A stretch of 64,000 bases of DNA from a virus (Duplodnaviria; Caudoviricetes). Location: positions 209 through 64,208 of IMG/VR virus record IMGVR_UViG_3300047160_035177; one strand, given 5' to 3'. The position numbers and the translations under genes were made by a program. Every line of letters starts with the position of its first letter. The first letter of the stretch is position 1. This document shows positions 45,575-54,734 of this stretch, one piece after another. The notes beneath the pieces were generated by a model. That model saw only the letters and a program-made list of their open reading frames with translations, searched no databases and was not told the DNA's origin.

Positions 45575-46860
45575 GACTTCGGAAACGTTCGGAGTCCCGG
45601 CGTTTCTTGCTCAACGTTTCCGCCCTTGAGGGCCACGAGATCGGCCGCGACGTAAGAAATGTGGTGCTGGGCGTGCCAATCCGACGGAAAGTAAGTCTCC
45701 GTGCGGATGTTGCGGAACCGAACGTCGGTGTTGCGGATGTACTTCGCCTGCTCGGCGCGAGTCCAATACCACCACGAGTTTTCGTTCCAGTAGCTTACGT
45801 GCGTGGGATCCTGGAACGCCCCGCGGCCATCGGTAGAAGGAGTCAGCGAGAGAAGCCAACCGCCTTCGGTGAGACAGCTATGGATCTGCCTCATCGTTTG
45901 CTGCTTTAACGGCAAATGCTCGAGAAAATCGTGGGCTCGGAAAGCACCAACTGAGCCGTTGGGCCACGGCCAAGCGCGGCTCAAATCGTGGCGTAGTCTC
46001 GGCTCGACGTCGTGAAGATCGATAGGAGTCCAACCTGGCGCGCAGTTGTGTGCTCCACCGAGATCGTAAGCGGGAAGCCCTGCCAGCTCAGCCTGGCGAA
46101 GCACCAAGCGCTCGATGCGTTCGAGATAGAGCTGCGCCGAGAGCTTCTGGATTTTGTCGACGTTCTGCGCCCACGTGTTCGCGCCGTGCGTACGGTAGAG
46201 GTAGAGAACCTCGGGGATGAGCTTGCACACGCCCGATAGATAGGTGCGCTGTAGTAGATCGAGATCATCGCAAAGCTCGTACTGATGGGAATGTCCGCCC
46301 ACGCGCTCGTAGAACGTTCGGCGCCAGGCACGTACGTGATTCGGTGCCCACTGGATCGTGGAGAACGTGGCCGCGCTAGGCTGCCAAGCGATGGGGTGAA
46401 CAACGCGTCCTCGCGGTGTGTCTACTTCATCGAATCGCCAACCGTCGCTTTCCCACGCGGTGCGAACAGTAGGGTGGTTGTAGGTGCGCAAAACGTCGTC
46501 GTCAGAGAAATCTGCCCAGTAGGAGTAAACGAAGTCAACGGCGTGATCTTCGAATGCTTTCGCGATTTTATCGAGCGAACCGGGCATCAGAAGATCGTCG
46601 TGATCCAGCTCGATCAAGACATCGCCTCGACCCATCGAGAAAGCTAGATGCTTGAGAGCCCCAACACCGGCGCTGGTCGGCACGGGAAGCCGAACGATTC
46701 GAATACGAGGATCTTCGAACGGAAGATCAGCATCTTGCGCTTGGCCGTTGAGCGCGATCACCCATTCGAAGGGAACATCGCCAGCCGCGTCTTGGATGCT
46801 CGTCCAAAGCTCGGGCAACCAACGCGTGTCGTGGCTCGGCGTGATGAGCGAAAGCAGCAT
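45571..46860 (-). CDS. GT2 glycosyltransferase fused to a SAM-dependent methyltransferase
   Basis: SLITPSH...ELDHDDLL; YDLGG, AHDFLEHL, GAFQDPTH. Confidence 0.85.
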   Translation of the reverse strand: MLLSLITPSHDTRWLPELWTSIQDAAGDVPFEWVIALNGQAQDADLPFEDPRIRIVRLPVPTSAGVGALKHLAFSMGRGDVLIELDHDDLLMPGSLDKIAKAFEDHAVDFVYSYWADFSDDDVLRTYNHPTVRTAWESDGWRFDEVDTPRGRVVHPIAWQPSAATFSTIQWAPNHVRAWRRTFYERVGGHSHQYELCDDLDLLQRTYLSGVCKLIPEVLYLYRTHGANTWAQNVDKIQKLSAQLYLERIERLVLRQAELAGLPAYDLGGAHNCAPGWTPIDLHDVEPRLRHDLSRAWPWPNGSVGAFRAHDFLEHLPLKQQTMRQIHSCLTEGGWLLSLTPSTDGRGAFQDPTHVSYWNENSWWYWTRAEQAKYIRNTDVRFRNIRTETYFPSDWHAQHHISYVAADLVALKGGNVEQETPGLRTFPKS

Positions 46861-46979
46861 GCGAAGCTTGTAGCATCGAGCTTACGTGCTGTATAACTCT
46901 TTCGACGCGTTCCCGGACTCTCCTCTTTCAAGAAACCCCTCCGACAACGGGAACGCGTCGTTTTTGTTAGAATCCTGGG

Positions 46980-47144
46980 GTGGACGAAAAAGGGAATTGC
47001 AACTGCGGGCGGCAGGCACGCAAGCCGCTGAAGATGCGCATCGTCGACGGCAAGCGCGTGTACCTCGATGATGATGGCAAGCCTGTAGATCCCGCGACGT
47101 TGGCGCCTCCACCGGTGAAAAGGGTGCGGGAGATCACGCCATGA
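46980..47144 (+). CDS. 54-aa protein missing from the ORF track (MDEKGNCNCGRQ...)
   Basis: TAGAAT-N6-GTG; stop overlaps the next ATG. Confidence 0.5.
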   Translation: MDEKGNCNCGRQARKPLKMRIVDGKRVYLDDDGKPVDPATLAPPPVKRVREITP

Positions 47145-47500
47145 AGCGCGGTTGCCTGCAGTTCGGCACTCCGCACTTAGCGCAGTTCGATCTCGAGATC
47201 CCCGAGACATGGCCGGAGATGCAGCGAGGCCTCGTGGGCCGGGATCTCGGAAGCAAGCAGGGAATGCTCTTCGTCGGCCACGGCGAGGCCGTGGATATGT
47301 GGATGAGCGATGTCAACTACCCGCTCGACATGGTGTGGTTGGGAGATGACGGGCGCGTGAAGACGATTCAGAGGAACGTAAAGCCCGGCGATCCGAAGAC
47401 CTATAGGTCAGGCGGGATCGCGTGCGTGGAGCTACGAGGCGGAACGGCGAGGGCCCTGGGAATTCAGAACGGAACGCCTTGGGTCGTTTTCAACTGCTAA
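47141..47500 (+). CDS. DUF192 family protein
   Basis: RGLVGR...GMLF...MWM...YPLDMVWL...VELRGG. Confidence 0.85.
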   Translation: MKRGCLQFGTPHLAQFDLEIPETWPEMQRGLVGRDLGSKQGMLFVGHGEAVDMWMSDVNYPLDMVWLGDDGRVKTIQRNVKPGDPKTYRSGGIACVELRGGTARALGIQNGTPWVVFNC

Positions 47501-47503
47501 TCT

Positions 47504-48463
47504 TTAGCCGTTGGAGAAGAGGCGCACCCAACGCGCTCCGCCGGCCTCCGTCGTGTTGCAGTAAATGAACGCGTTGACACCCGTTGCGAAGCTAATCGTG
47601 GCGCCGGTGTTGGTCATAATGCAGTTAACGGCGCTGCTATTACCGGTATCGTTGTTGGTCACAGACCAAGTGTTCGTATTGGCGCCGGTGTAGATGATAA
47701 CGATCGATCCCTCTTTCGCAGGGGCGACCATACCGGTAAGCGTGAAACCGGCGCTCGGACCGGTAATGAACCAGAACGAAGATCCACGGAGATCAACGTT
47801 GTTGTTGTTGCCGTTCGAAAGCGTGATCGATTTCGCGGGACCTAGACACAGGTTGCCGAGAATCCGGGTGAACGTATCTGCGACGTTCTGACCGAGATCG
47901 ACATCGATCGCATTGGCGCCGATAAGCACGTTACCGTTCGCGGTCGCGACGTTGCCCGTGCCAGCATCAAGAGTAAGATTCCCGCCGGTAGTTCCCGAAG
48001 ATGCGCCTGCTTTGAGGCTGATTGAGCTGCCGGCTCCAGCTACGGAAGGAGGCGCCAACGCGCCTGATCCGTTCGTCTGAATGATGTCGCCGCTAAGCGT
48101 TGTCGCGCCGCTGAAGTAGGCTATCTGCGTTGCCGTGCCCGAGATTGTTCCCGCACCTTGGGGACCTTGTGAACCCTGTGAACCCTGCGAACCCTGCGAA
48201 CCTTGAGCACCCGTCGCACCTTGTGAACCCTGCGAACCTTGAGCACCGGTGGCGCCCTGAGCACCCGTTGCGCCTTGAGCTCCAGTCGAGCCCTGGGGTC
48301 CTTGAGAACCCGTTGCGCCCTGTGGGCCCTGAGCTCCAGTCGAGCCCTGCGGACCAGCGGAACCTTGAGCGCCGGATGCGCCTTGGGGCCCTTGGGGCCC
48401 TTGGGGGCCTTGAGGACCCTGCGCTCCTCCGCTTTGGTATCCGCCTCGAGCGCAGCAAATCAT
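47504..48463 (-). CDS. Long collagen-repeat fibre protein
   Basis: MICCARGG; about 30 Gly-X-Y triplets; Gly/Asn-rich C-terminal domain. Confidence 0.85.
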   Translation of the reverse strand: MICCARGGYQSGGAQGPQGPQGPQGPQGASGAQGSAGPQGSTGAQGPQGATGSQGPQGSTGAQGATGAQGATGAQGSQGSQGATGAQGSQGSQGSQGSQGPQGAGTISGTATQIAYFSGATTLSGDIIQTNGSGALAPPSVAGAGSSISLKAGASSGTTGGNLTLDAGTGNVATANGNVLIGANAIDVDLGQNVADTFTRILGNLCLGPAKSITLSNGNNNNVDLRGSSFWFITGPSAGFTLTGMVAPAKEGSIVIIYTGANTNTWSVTNNDTGNSSAVNCIMTNTGATISFATGVNAFIYCNTTEAGGARWVRLFSNG

Positions 48464-48490
48464 CGTTCTAGGCCCATGCTACCATGGGCT

Positions 48491-48718
48491 ATGGCGACAC
48501 GATTCTCGACGGGAGTGTTCACTCGCGGCAATCTCGCCACGTTCCGCAGCGGGGCGACGTTTGCGCGGGGTGGATCGCGTGTTCTGTTGTGGCAATCGAC
48601 CGCGAACCCGAATCCGTTAGGAAACTCCGGAACTTTCAGCCTGACTCGCGTTGTAGGCCCCCAGCGATGCCGCCCGTGCCCACCGGGAAAGCCTCAGTGT
48701 AACTGCGTCAAGTCGTGA
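48491..48718 (+). CDS. Small basic protein with Cys-rich C-terminus (MATRFSTG...)
   Basis: TGcTACCAT-N5-ATG; PLGN; CRPCPPGKPQCNC. Confidence 0.55.
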   Translation: MATRFSTGVFTRGNLATFRSGATFARGGSRVLLWQSTANPNPLGNSGTFSLTRVVGPQRCRPCPPGKPQCNCVKS

Positions 48719-49002
48719 AAGTTCGTTACGTAGACGGCGACGTTCTAGATGGCTACGCAGCTCTGCACGCGCTCACGGCCGCGGGCAGGAAACTCGGTAT
48801 CCCACACGGCGAAATCTGGATTGCCCAGGATCTGAAATCGATTTCGCCGGTGCTGAAGTTTCATGAAGAAGTCGAATACCAAATGCGCAAGCAAGGGATG
48901 CAAGCCGCAGCGTCGCACGTTCGCGCGATGCGGCTCGAGCGCGAAAAGTTCGAAGGCACAGCCGTCTACGAAAAAGCCAAGCGGCTCCTAAAGGATCGCT
49001 AG
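48715..49002 (+). CDS. Hypothetical phage protein
   Basis: EIWI...HEEVE...SH possible metal-binding motif. Confidence 0.55.
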   Translation: MKVRYVDGDVLDGYAALHALTAAGRKLGIPHGEIWIAQDLKSISPVLKFHEEVEYQMRKQGMQAAASHVRAMRLEREKFEGTAVYEKAKRLLKDR

Positions 49003-49231
49003 CTGTAGTACTCTTTGAACATGAGTTTTCGATGCGCGTGCGGTAAGAAGAAAAAGAAGTAGCTGTGTGTCCCTGTCGGCGCAAATCCGCAGCGCCCGCG
49101 CTTGACGAGAACGGCAACGTGATCGTGGCCGCGGTTGTCGCTCCTCCACCATCCTCTTCTTCCCTACCAACACAGAACGCGCGGAAACTTAGATCGCTGC
49201 CTGCTCGCTTGCTTCGGCTCCGCCGGGGTCG

Positions 49232-49441
49232 TTAAGGCTGCGGGTGCGGACCGGTGGTGTAAAGCTGGTGCGATCCGCAAGTGTCGCAGGCCTCGGGCGC
49301 CGGGGCGTTCCAGCGGTGGTCACAGAGCGTACACGTGTAGCCGAGAAGCGTTCGAGGCTTACGTAGAGTGACGCCAACGAGAACGCCAGCGACGAAGCCA
49401 GCAACGAAACCGGTGCTCAGAAGAGCCACTAAGTCCATCAT
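49232..49441 (-). CDS. Membrane-anchored Zn-ribbon protein
   Basis: N-terminal TM; CTLC...CDTC. Confidence 0.6.
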   Translation of the reverse strand: MMDLVALLSTGFVAGFVAGVLVGVTLRKPRTLLGYTCTLCDHRWNAPAPEACDTCGSHQLYTTGPHPQP

Positions 49442-50382
49442 TCCGCCTCCACTGCTTCGGCCTCGGCCTGTTTCTGGGCTTTCACTCGGGCTCGCTCCGC
49501 TCGATGTAGAAGAGGAAGGAATCCAGGGATCGCCTCTCCTACTCGACCTTCCGAGATATCTCCAGTAATCCATGAAAGTAGGGCGATCTCCCGTTTGCTG
49601 AAGATGGTTCGATCGTCATTCTCGCGATCGATGTCTACGAGCTTTCGAAGCTGCTTCTTCCCGGGAAGGGGTTTAGCGCCGGCTTTGCCGCCAGCTTTTT
49701 CAACGGCTTTGCGCACACTAACTCCGTTGTTGCCGTGCGCGCCAAGCTCCGTCAGCACTTCGATCTGCTTCTCGCGAGGCAGCGTCCCGAGCTTGCTGAC
49801 AGCGTTGCTCGCTGAGATCTGGCCTTGCTCGACCGCTGCTTGAACTTTGGGGTGCAGATCGAGCAGCTCCACCCAGGCGCGGATCGTCACGGTGGAAACG
49901 CCGAAGATCTCCGCGACGTCGCTGTCACTACGGCCGCGTTGAAGGAGAATGTTGGCCTTCTTCGCGCGGGCGAGCGGGGTGTCATCTTCCCGTTGCTCGT
50001 TCAGCACGATCGCAGTTTCGAACGCAGCGCCGTCATCTCCGCGCCACAGCAAGATGGGGATCGAAACAGGAGATGCGCCTTCGGCTCGTAGGCGACGGTT
50101 CGCTTCACGAGCGCCTCGAACGCGCTGACGTCCGTCGACTACTTCCGGTTGCTCACCATTTTTGCGAACGATCACGGGCTCGAGAACACCGCGGGCCATG
50201 ATCGAGCGGACGAACGGCTCACTCAGGGGTTTCTCGATGCGCGGGTCGTAGAGCGCGTGATCCTTGTCTTCGATGATCAGCAGGTTGTCGGGATCCAGGT
50301 AGAAAACGGTGCCGCGGTGGCCATCGAAGGCTGTCTTGGTCTTCTTGTCTTTGCTCTTCTCTAGGTCCTTTTTCTTGGTCAT
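49438..50382 (-). CDS. ParB-like protein
   Basis: GVLEPVIVR...VVDGRQRVR; HTH DVAEIFGVS; GGAGG RBS. Confidence 0.85.
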   Translation of the reverse strand: MTKKKDLEKSKDKKTKTAFDGHRGTVFYLDPDNLLIIEDKDHALYDPRIEKPLSEPFVRSIMARGVLEPVIVRKNGEQPEVVDGRQRVRGAREANRRLRAEGASPVSIPILLWRGDDGAAFETAIVLNEQREDDTPLARAKKANILLQRGRSDSDVAEIFGVSTVTIRAWVELLDLHPKVQAAVEQGQISASNAVSKLGTLPREKQIEVLTELGAHGNNGVSVRKAVEKAGGKAGAKPLPGKKQLRKLVDIDRENDDRTIFSKREIALLSWITGDISEGRVGEAIPGFLPLLHRAERARVKAQKQAEAEAVEAE

Positions 50383-50514
50383 GGGCGATACCTCCGGGGT
50401 TGCGATCTGTATAACGAGTTGGACAACCGCCGCAAGAAATTTTGTTTTACCGGTCAAGGCTAGCGACGACTGTTGCCGGATACGTACTCGCCCGTTAAAC
50501 TCGCTAGACAGTCG

Positions 50515-50808
50515 ATGCCAGGAAAAAAACCGTCTTTCAGGCAAGTGTCCTTCAAGGAGTCGTTCAAGGGATTTCGGATCGCCAAGTCCCGCGGCTCTGT
50601 TCTTCTCGAACGAGCCGTGAAGAAATTCGGGTCGCTCGCCTTAGCGACCAAAGACTTGAACGAGAAGACCGTGCACGGTCCCCACGCCAGACGCTACCTG
50701 CGCGCGTCCGTGTGGCACTGGGCAACGGGTCAACACAAGCCCGGACGGAAGGCGGCCGCGGCCCTAGAAAAGTGGGCCAACATCTCTATTCGTGCGTGGG
50801 ACGAATGA
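50515..50808 (+). CDS. Cro/XRE-like HTH protein
   Basis: SVWHWATGQHKPG...AAALEK. Confidence 0.55.
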   Translation: MPGKKPSFRQVSFKESFKGFRIAKSRGSVLLERAVKKFGSLALATKDLNEKTVHGPHARRYLRASVWHWATGQHKPGRKAAAALEKWANISIRAWDE

Positions 50809-50981
50809 CTTTTCGAATCGACATCATTGAAGAGGATTCGGGAACGGTCGTTCAGAGCGTGCGAGGGATCCCCGAGCGGAAAATGATGTTGATTCTCAGC
50901 ATGTTAGGCGCGGTCGGCAATTTCTTGCGTGAGATGCGACCGGTACGGGAGGCGATCCGAGCGGCCATGGAGCGGCGATGA
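50805..50981 (+). CDS. Hypothetical protein
   Basis: ATGA-coupled on both ends. Confidence 0.55.
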   Translation: MTFRIDIIEEDSGTVVQSVRGIPERKMMLILSMLGAVGNFLREMRPVREAIRAAMERR

Positions 50982-51598
50982 ACGAGACATGTCAAGTCAA
51001 TGGATGTGGTAAGCCAGCTTCCTCTTTTATTCGTCTTCTCGTTCCGCTAGATGACGGGACTTCGTATCCGATCTCGTTGCCGGTGTTCTTCTGTGAATCG
51101 TGCCGTCACGACGTCCGCGAGCGCGCAGACGCGATGAATGATGATCTTTGGGAGAACGTCGAGAAGTTGATTCCCGAGGGGCGCAAACCTTCACGAGAAG
51201 ATGTCGAGATCGAAACGGCGGACATGATCAACGTGCCGCCTCCGCCTCCCGATCTCGCCGCTGCATTAGATCGCTTCGCACGAGCATCGGCCGCATTCTC
51301 GCAGATGACGGGCACGGGATCGGTACGGGCGCACGCTGCGAGCGAGATCGCCAATCGAGCTGATTCCTGCGCTCGCGTGCTGCGCAATTGGCCCAGAGGA
51401 GCGGAATCGGAGCGTCAAGCAGCCGCGAACGCGTTCGGCAGCTTGAGTGAGCACATGCGCAACATCGCCAAGTTCCTCGGCCGCAACGACGTCGAAGGCG
51501 CAAACGAGCTTGTTCCGGAGCTTGGAAGCAAATTTTTCATGGCGCGGCAGCTGACAGCGATCGCTGTAGTAGCGATGACGGCGCCTCTGACGAACTAG
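50978..51598 (+). CDS. Hypothetical protein with N-terminal Zn-binding motif
   Basis: CQVNGC...FCESC. Confidence 0.6.
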   Translation: MNETCQVNGCGKPASSFIRLLVPLDDGTSYPISLPVFFCESCRHDVRERADAMNDDLWENVEKLIPEGRKPSREDVEIETADMINVPPPPPDLAAALDRFARASAAFSQMTGTGSVRAHAASEIANRADSCARVLRNWPRGAESERQAAANAFGSLSEHMRNIAKFLGRNDVEGANELVPELGSKFFMARQLTAIAVVAMTAPLTN

Positions 51599-51732
51599 AG
51601 CAGCACTAATAGAGCTGCTAGAGCCGCGAGCGCCAGCACCGCTGCGAACGGGCGCAGATCGAGAGTCTGACTCGTGCCCGAAATTCCCTGGGCCAGGAAG
51701 AGACGGAGACGTCTGCGTTCACGGCGAGTCAT
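51595..51732 (-). CDS. 45-aa Arg-rich tail-anchored peptide missing from the ORF track
   Basis: Own translation MTRRERRRLRLF...FAAVLALAALAALLVLL. Confidence 0.5.
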   Translation of the reverse strand: MTRRERRRLRLFLAQGISGTSQTLDLRPFAAVLALAALAALLVLL

Positions 51733-52066
51733 AGCGCGGGCCCCTAGAAATCGCCTCGAGTACTACAGCGCGGGGCGTGAATTTTTCTTCAACGAACCCC
51801 AAGGCTTGACGCCACTGTGAGATCCGTTGTTTGGTGACGTCAAATTCTTTGGCTACTTTCTCGATGGGCTCACAGCGTTGAAACATGCAGACGATGTGCT
51901 TCAAGCCGTTGGGACCGCCATAGCAAGTCACGATCCGATGGACGATCTGCGCGGCTTTTGCGTCAACTAACGGATTGGTGCTTTGCTGGATTGCCTCTCG
52001 AGCCCACTGAGGAAGCGCAGCGATCCGCTTCGAGCGAAGCAGAACGAACGCATCAAACGGATCCAT
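51719..52066 (-). CDS. HTH protein
   Basis: IEKVAKEFDVTKQRISQWR; start reassigned to MDPF. Confidence 0.6.
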   Translation of the reverse strand: MDPFDAFVLLRSKRIAALPQWAREAIQQSTNPLVDAKAAQIVHRIVTCYGGPNGLKHIVCMFQRCEPIEKVAKEFDVTKQRISQWRQALGFVEEKFTPRAVVLEAISRGPRYDSP

Positions 52067-52478
52067 CCCATTCGGCCGCGGGGCCTTCCCAGACGACGGA
52101 TCGACCGGAGACTTTGGCTTGCTTACCGCATTCATCACAACGGATCTCCGCTCTAGATCTCAAGAGGCCTGCAGATAGCTCCTTGGTCGTGGCCAGATCG
52201 CGCGCGACGAGAACGATTCGATCGCGTGTGGCATGGGTACGCGGGCAGGTGACCGTGAGATCAAGAACCTGCAAGAATTTGCCTTTGATCGAAGGCCGAA
52301 AGTAGCTAGCCCGGATCTTCTCGAGCAGCTCAGGTGACCAATCTCTCGTATCTACTGTAACCCCGCCTACACGATTAAACGTTGGGTTTGGCGCTACGGG
52401 CGCAGGCCGACTCCATCGTCCAACGATCGCTACAGCGGCGATAACACTCAGGCCTAGACCCACGATCGTGAAGATCAC
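52053..52478 (-). CDS. N-anchored membrane protein with Zn-binding motif
   Basis: N-terminal TM; CPRTH...CDEC. Confidence 0.55.
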   Translation of the reverse strand: MIFTIVGLGLSVIAAVAIVGRWSRPAPVAPNPTFNRVGGVTVDTRDWSPELLEKIRASYFRPSIKGKFLQVLDLTVTCPRTHATRDRIVLVARDLATTKELSAGLLRSRAEIRCDECGKQAKVSGRSVVWEGPAAEWDGSV

Positions 52479-53173
52479 GGCTCTTGTTCCTCTTCATCTT
52501 CGATGGGCTCGAGTAGCCCTTCTTCGCGGAAAGAGAAGTACGGTGCGCGATCTTCACGCGAGCGCGGGTCGATACCGGGACGCCCGATGATGAGGTGATC
52601 GAACAGACAAAGATCGTACTCAGCAAGCAGCTCTTGAACTGCCGCGGTCAACTCAGCGTCTGCCTGGGAGGGTGAGGGGTCTCCCGACGGATGGTTATGC
52701 AGGAAGAACATGCAACGGGCGTTGCCCAAGATGGCGTCCTTCAACATGTCCTTGGCGCTCGCCTGGACGTTGTCGATGGCCCCCTTGTGCGCGAGCTTCC
52801 AACCGATCAACTGCCAACGCGTGTCCAAGAGACCCACCACAAGGTGCTCTTGGTCGAGCCAACCCATGCCTTCGAAAAGTTCGTAGAGATCCTCGGGCGT
52901 CTCGATGACAGGACCGGGATCTTCGTCGCCGCGAAAGTCAGCGTCGCGCTCGATGTAGACAGCTTTGGTGTCGGGATGGATCCTCGTGACGAATTCGAGA
53001 TCCTTGACCACCGGCGCGAAAGACGTCACAGGCGAGAGATCGTCGACGTCGTACCAACTCGTCTTCTTGGGCGCGTCCGAGAAAGTGACCCGGGCGCGCG
53101 AGCCCTTGGTCTCCTTCACGATGCCGACGTTATAGGTGTCGCCTTGACGGTACACGAGAGCGCCTTTGCGCAT
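52475..53173 (-). CDS. radC: RadC-like JAB domain protein with extra N-terminal SH3-like domain
   Basis: QEHLVV, HNHPSGDPSPSQAD, FDHLII. Confidence 0.85.
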   Translation of the reverse strand: MRKGALVYRQGDTYNVGIVKETKGSRARVTFSDAPKKTSWYDVDDLSPVTSFAPVVKDLEFVTRIHPDTKAVYIERDADFRGDEDPGPVIETPEDLYELFEGMGWLDQEHLVVGLLDTRWQLIGWKLAHKGAIDNVQASAKDMLKDAILGNARCMFFLHNHPSGDPSPSQADAELTAAVQELLAEYDLCLFDHLIIGRPGIDPRSREDRAPYFSFREEGLLEPIEDEEEQEP

Positions 53174-53177
53174 GCGC

Positions 53178-53945
53178 CTATTCTATCTTGCTTTGCTGGA
53201 CCTTGGCCTGAGCGCGCACGCTGATCATCTGCGACGCGAAGATGATCCGCTTGCGCAAGGCTTCGGCGGAGGCCTCGCCATCGGCGACTTCGATTTGCTC
53301 AGCGGGCTCGTCTACGGCCACGAGCTTCTTGTCTTCTTCTCGCATCCACGTGAGTAGCGTTCCGGCCGCGGTGTCAGCTGTCAGCGTGCGTAGGTTCGTC
53401 TTGGCTTCGGCTGTGGTGAAGATCCAATCGAACTTGCTTAGGTTCACGTCGTCGCTGATTTCTCCCGTGACGCAGCCCGAAGCCATCACGGGGATCGAGC
53501 CGGAGAGACGAGCCGCGGAGCCGAAGAACAGCCGGAAATTCGGCTTCCACGGGAATTTTTGAGATCGACCCGTGGGGGCTGATTTTTCTATCTCATGTCC
53601 TTTGTGTAAGCCTAGATACATCTTTGGAAACCACTTCGCCTTCCCATCGCGCATGCACGAAGGACTTCTACAGAAATACTGGTGGATCAGTTCCCATCGA
53701 CCTTCGGGGATTTCGCAGTGACTTCGAAGCGGCTCCGGAAGCGTCTTCGCTGTTTCAGGCTGGATGCGCAGGACAAGATGCTTGGGTTGGCCTGGAGGCG
53801 GAAGCGATCGAAGCACGATGCAGGCCTTGGGCTCGGCCGTGAGAATTCGCTTCGTGAGCGCGGTAGCGATCTTGCCCCAACGTACGTCATCGGGCGCGAG
53901 CCCAGCGCGGGTGTAGTTGTAGTCAGCTACGAATTCGAAGGGCAC
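53178..53945 (-). CDS. Hypothetical protein
   Basis: Intact ORF in operon. Confidence 0.65.
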   Translation of the reverse strand: MPFEFVADYNYTRAGLAPDDVRWGKIATALTKRILTAEPKACIVLRSLPPPGQPKHLVLRIQPETAKTLPEPLRSHCEIPEGRWELIHQYFCRSPSCMRDGKAKWFPKMYLGLHKGHEIEKSAPTGRSQKFPWKPNFRLFFGSAARLSGSIPVMASGCVTGEISDDVNLSKFDWIFTTAEAKTNLRTLTADTAAGTLLTWMREEDKKLVAVDEPAEQIEVADGEASAEALRKRIIFASQMISVRAQAKVQQSKIE

Positions 53946-53948
53946 GGG

Positions 53949-54734
53949 CTACTTCGCAACGGCAGGCGAGTAGAGAAACCGGTGCTGGATCGCGTGGATC
54001 GTGCTGACCCGGGGATCAACCACGAAGTCCAAGTTGTGCTCTTTGAGCTTGCCACAGAACGCGACGTCTTCGCCGGCATGCTCGAAGCCCTCAGCGACCC
54101 GGCGGAACCATTTTATCTTCTCGCCGGTTTCCTTCTCGACGGTTTGAGCGACATTTCGAATTTTGTCGAGATCGAGAAGAGCGCAAGCGAGCCCGCAGAA
54201 TTCAACGGGGAATGCCGTGAGGCTTTGTGGGAGATCAGCGCGTAGTAGTGGCTTGTGCCGCCCATCGGCATCGAGGATGAAAGCGTTGTAGACGCCATCG
54301 CTCGCAACGTAGCGCTGGAAAACAAGGGCCGCGACCATGGCCGCGTCCCAGCGCGCCATCGTCTCGACGAGCATATCGAGGCCTTTGACGTCGATCACGG
54401 TATCGGAGTCGAGGAAGAGAAGCTTGTGGTAGCCCGCATCGAGAAAGAACTTGAGTAGGTGTTCTCGATTGTTGGCGATCTCGAAGCTCTGCACGGTGAG
54501 AGGCGTTAGCCCTAGATCACAAGCGAGGCCTTTAGCGACACAGGCCAAAGTTTCTTCGGTCACGGAACGGCCAGGCGCGCAGGGAATAGCAACACCAATC
54601 CCAGCGTTGTGCAGGCTCTTTTTCCAACGAGGGATGAGCCGCAAGATCGCTTGATGCGCGTCTTGATCACTGATCTCTTCTTCGCCGAGAGTTAAGAGTG
54701 CTTCCTGGAGCCTTGCTTTCACTTCGGGTGTCAT
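53949..54734 (-). CDS. GT-A fold glycosyltransferase-like protein
   Basis: LLFLDSD, CGLACALL, GEDVAFC, VDP...H. Confidence 0.7.
   Translation of the reverse strand: MTPEVKARLQEALLTLGEEEISDQDAHQAILRLIPRWKKSLHNAGIGVAIPCAPGRSVTEETLACVAKGLACDLGLTPLTVQSFEIANNREHLLKFFLDAGYHKLLFLDSDTVIDVKGLDMLVETMARWDAAMVAALVFQRYVASDGVYNAFILDADGRHKPLLRADLPQSLTAFPVEFCGLACALLDLDKIRNVAQTVEKETGEKIKWFRRVAEGFEHAGEDVAFCGKLKEHNLDFVVDPRVSTIHAIQHRFLYSPAVAK

Noticed and set aside
48988-49230. Genes in the 49.0-49.2 kb gap
   Set aside because: Several overlapping short frames, none with a convincing start, RBS or motif
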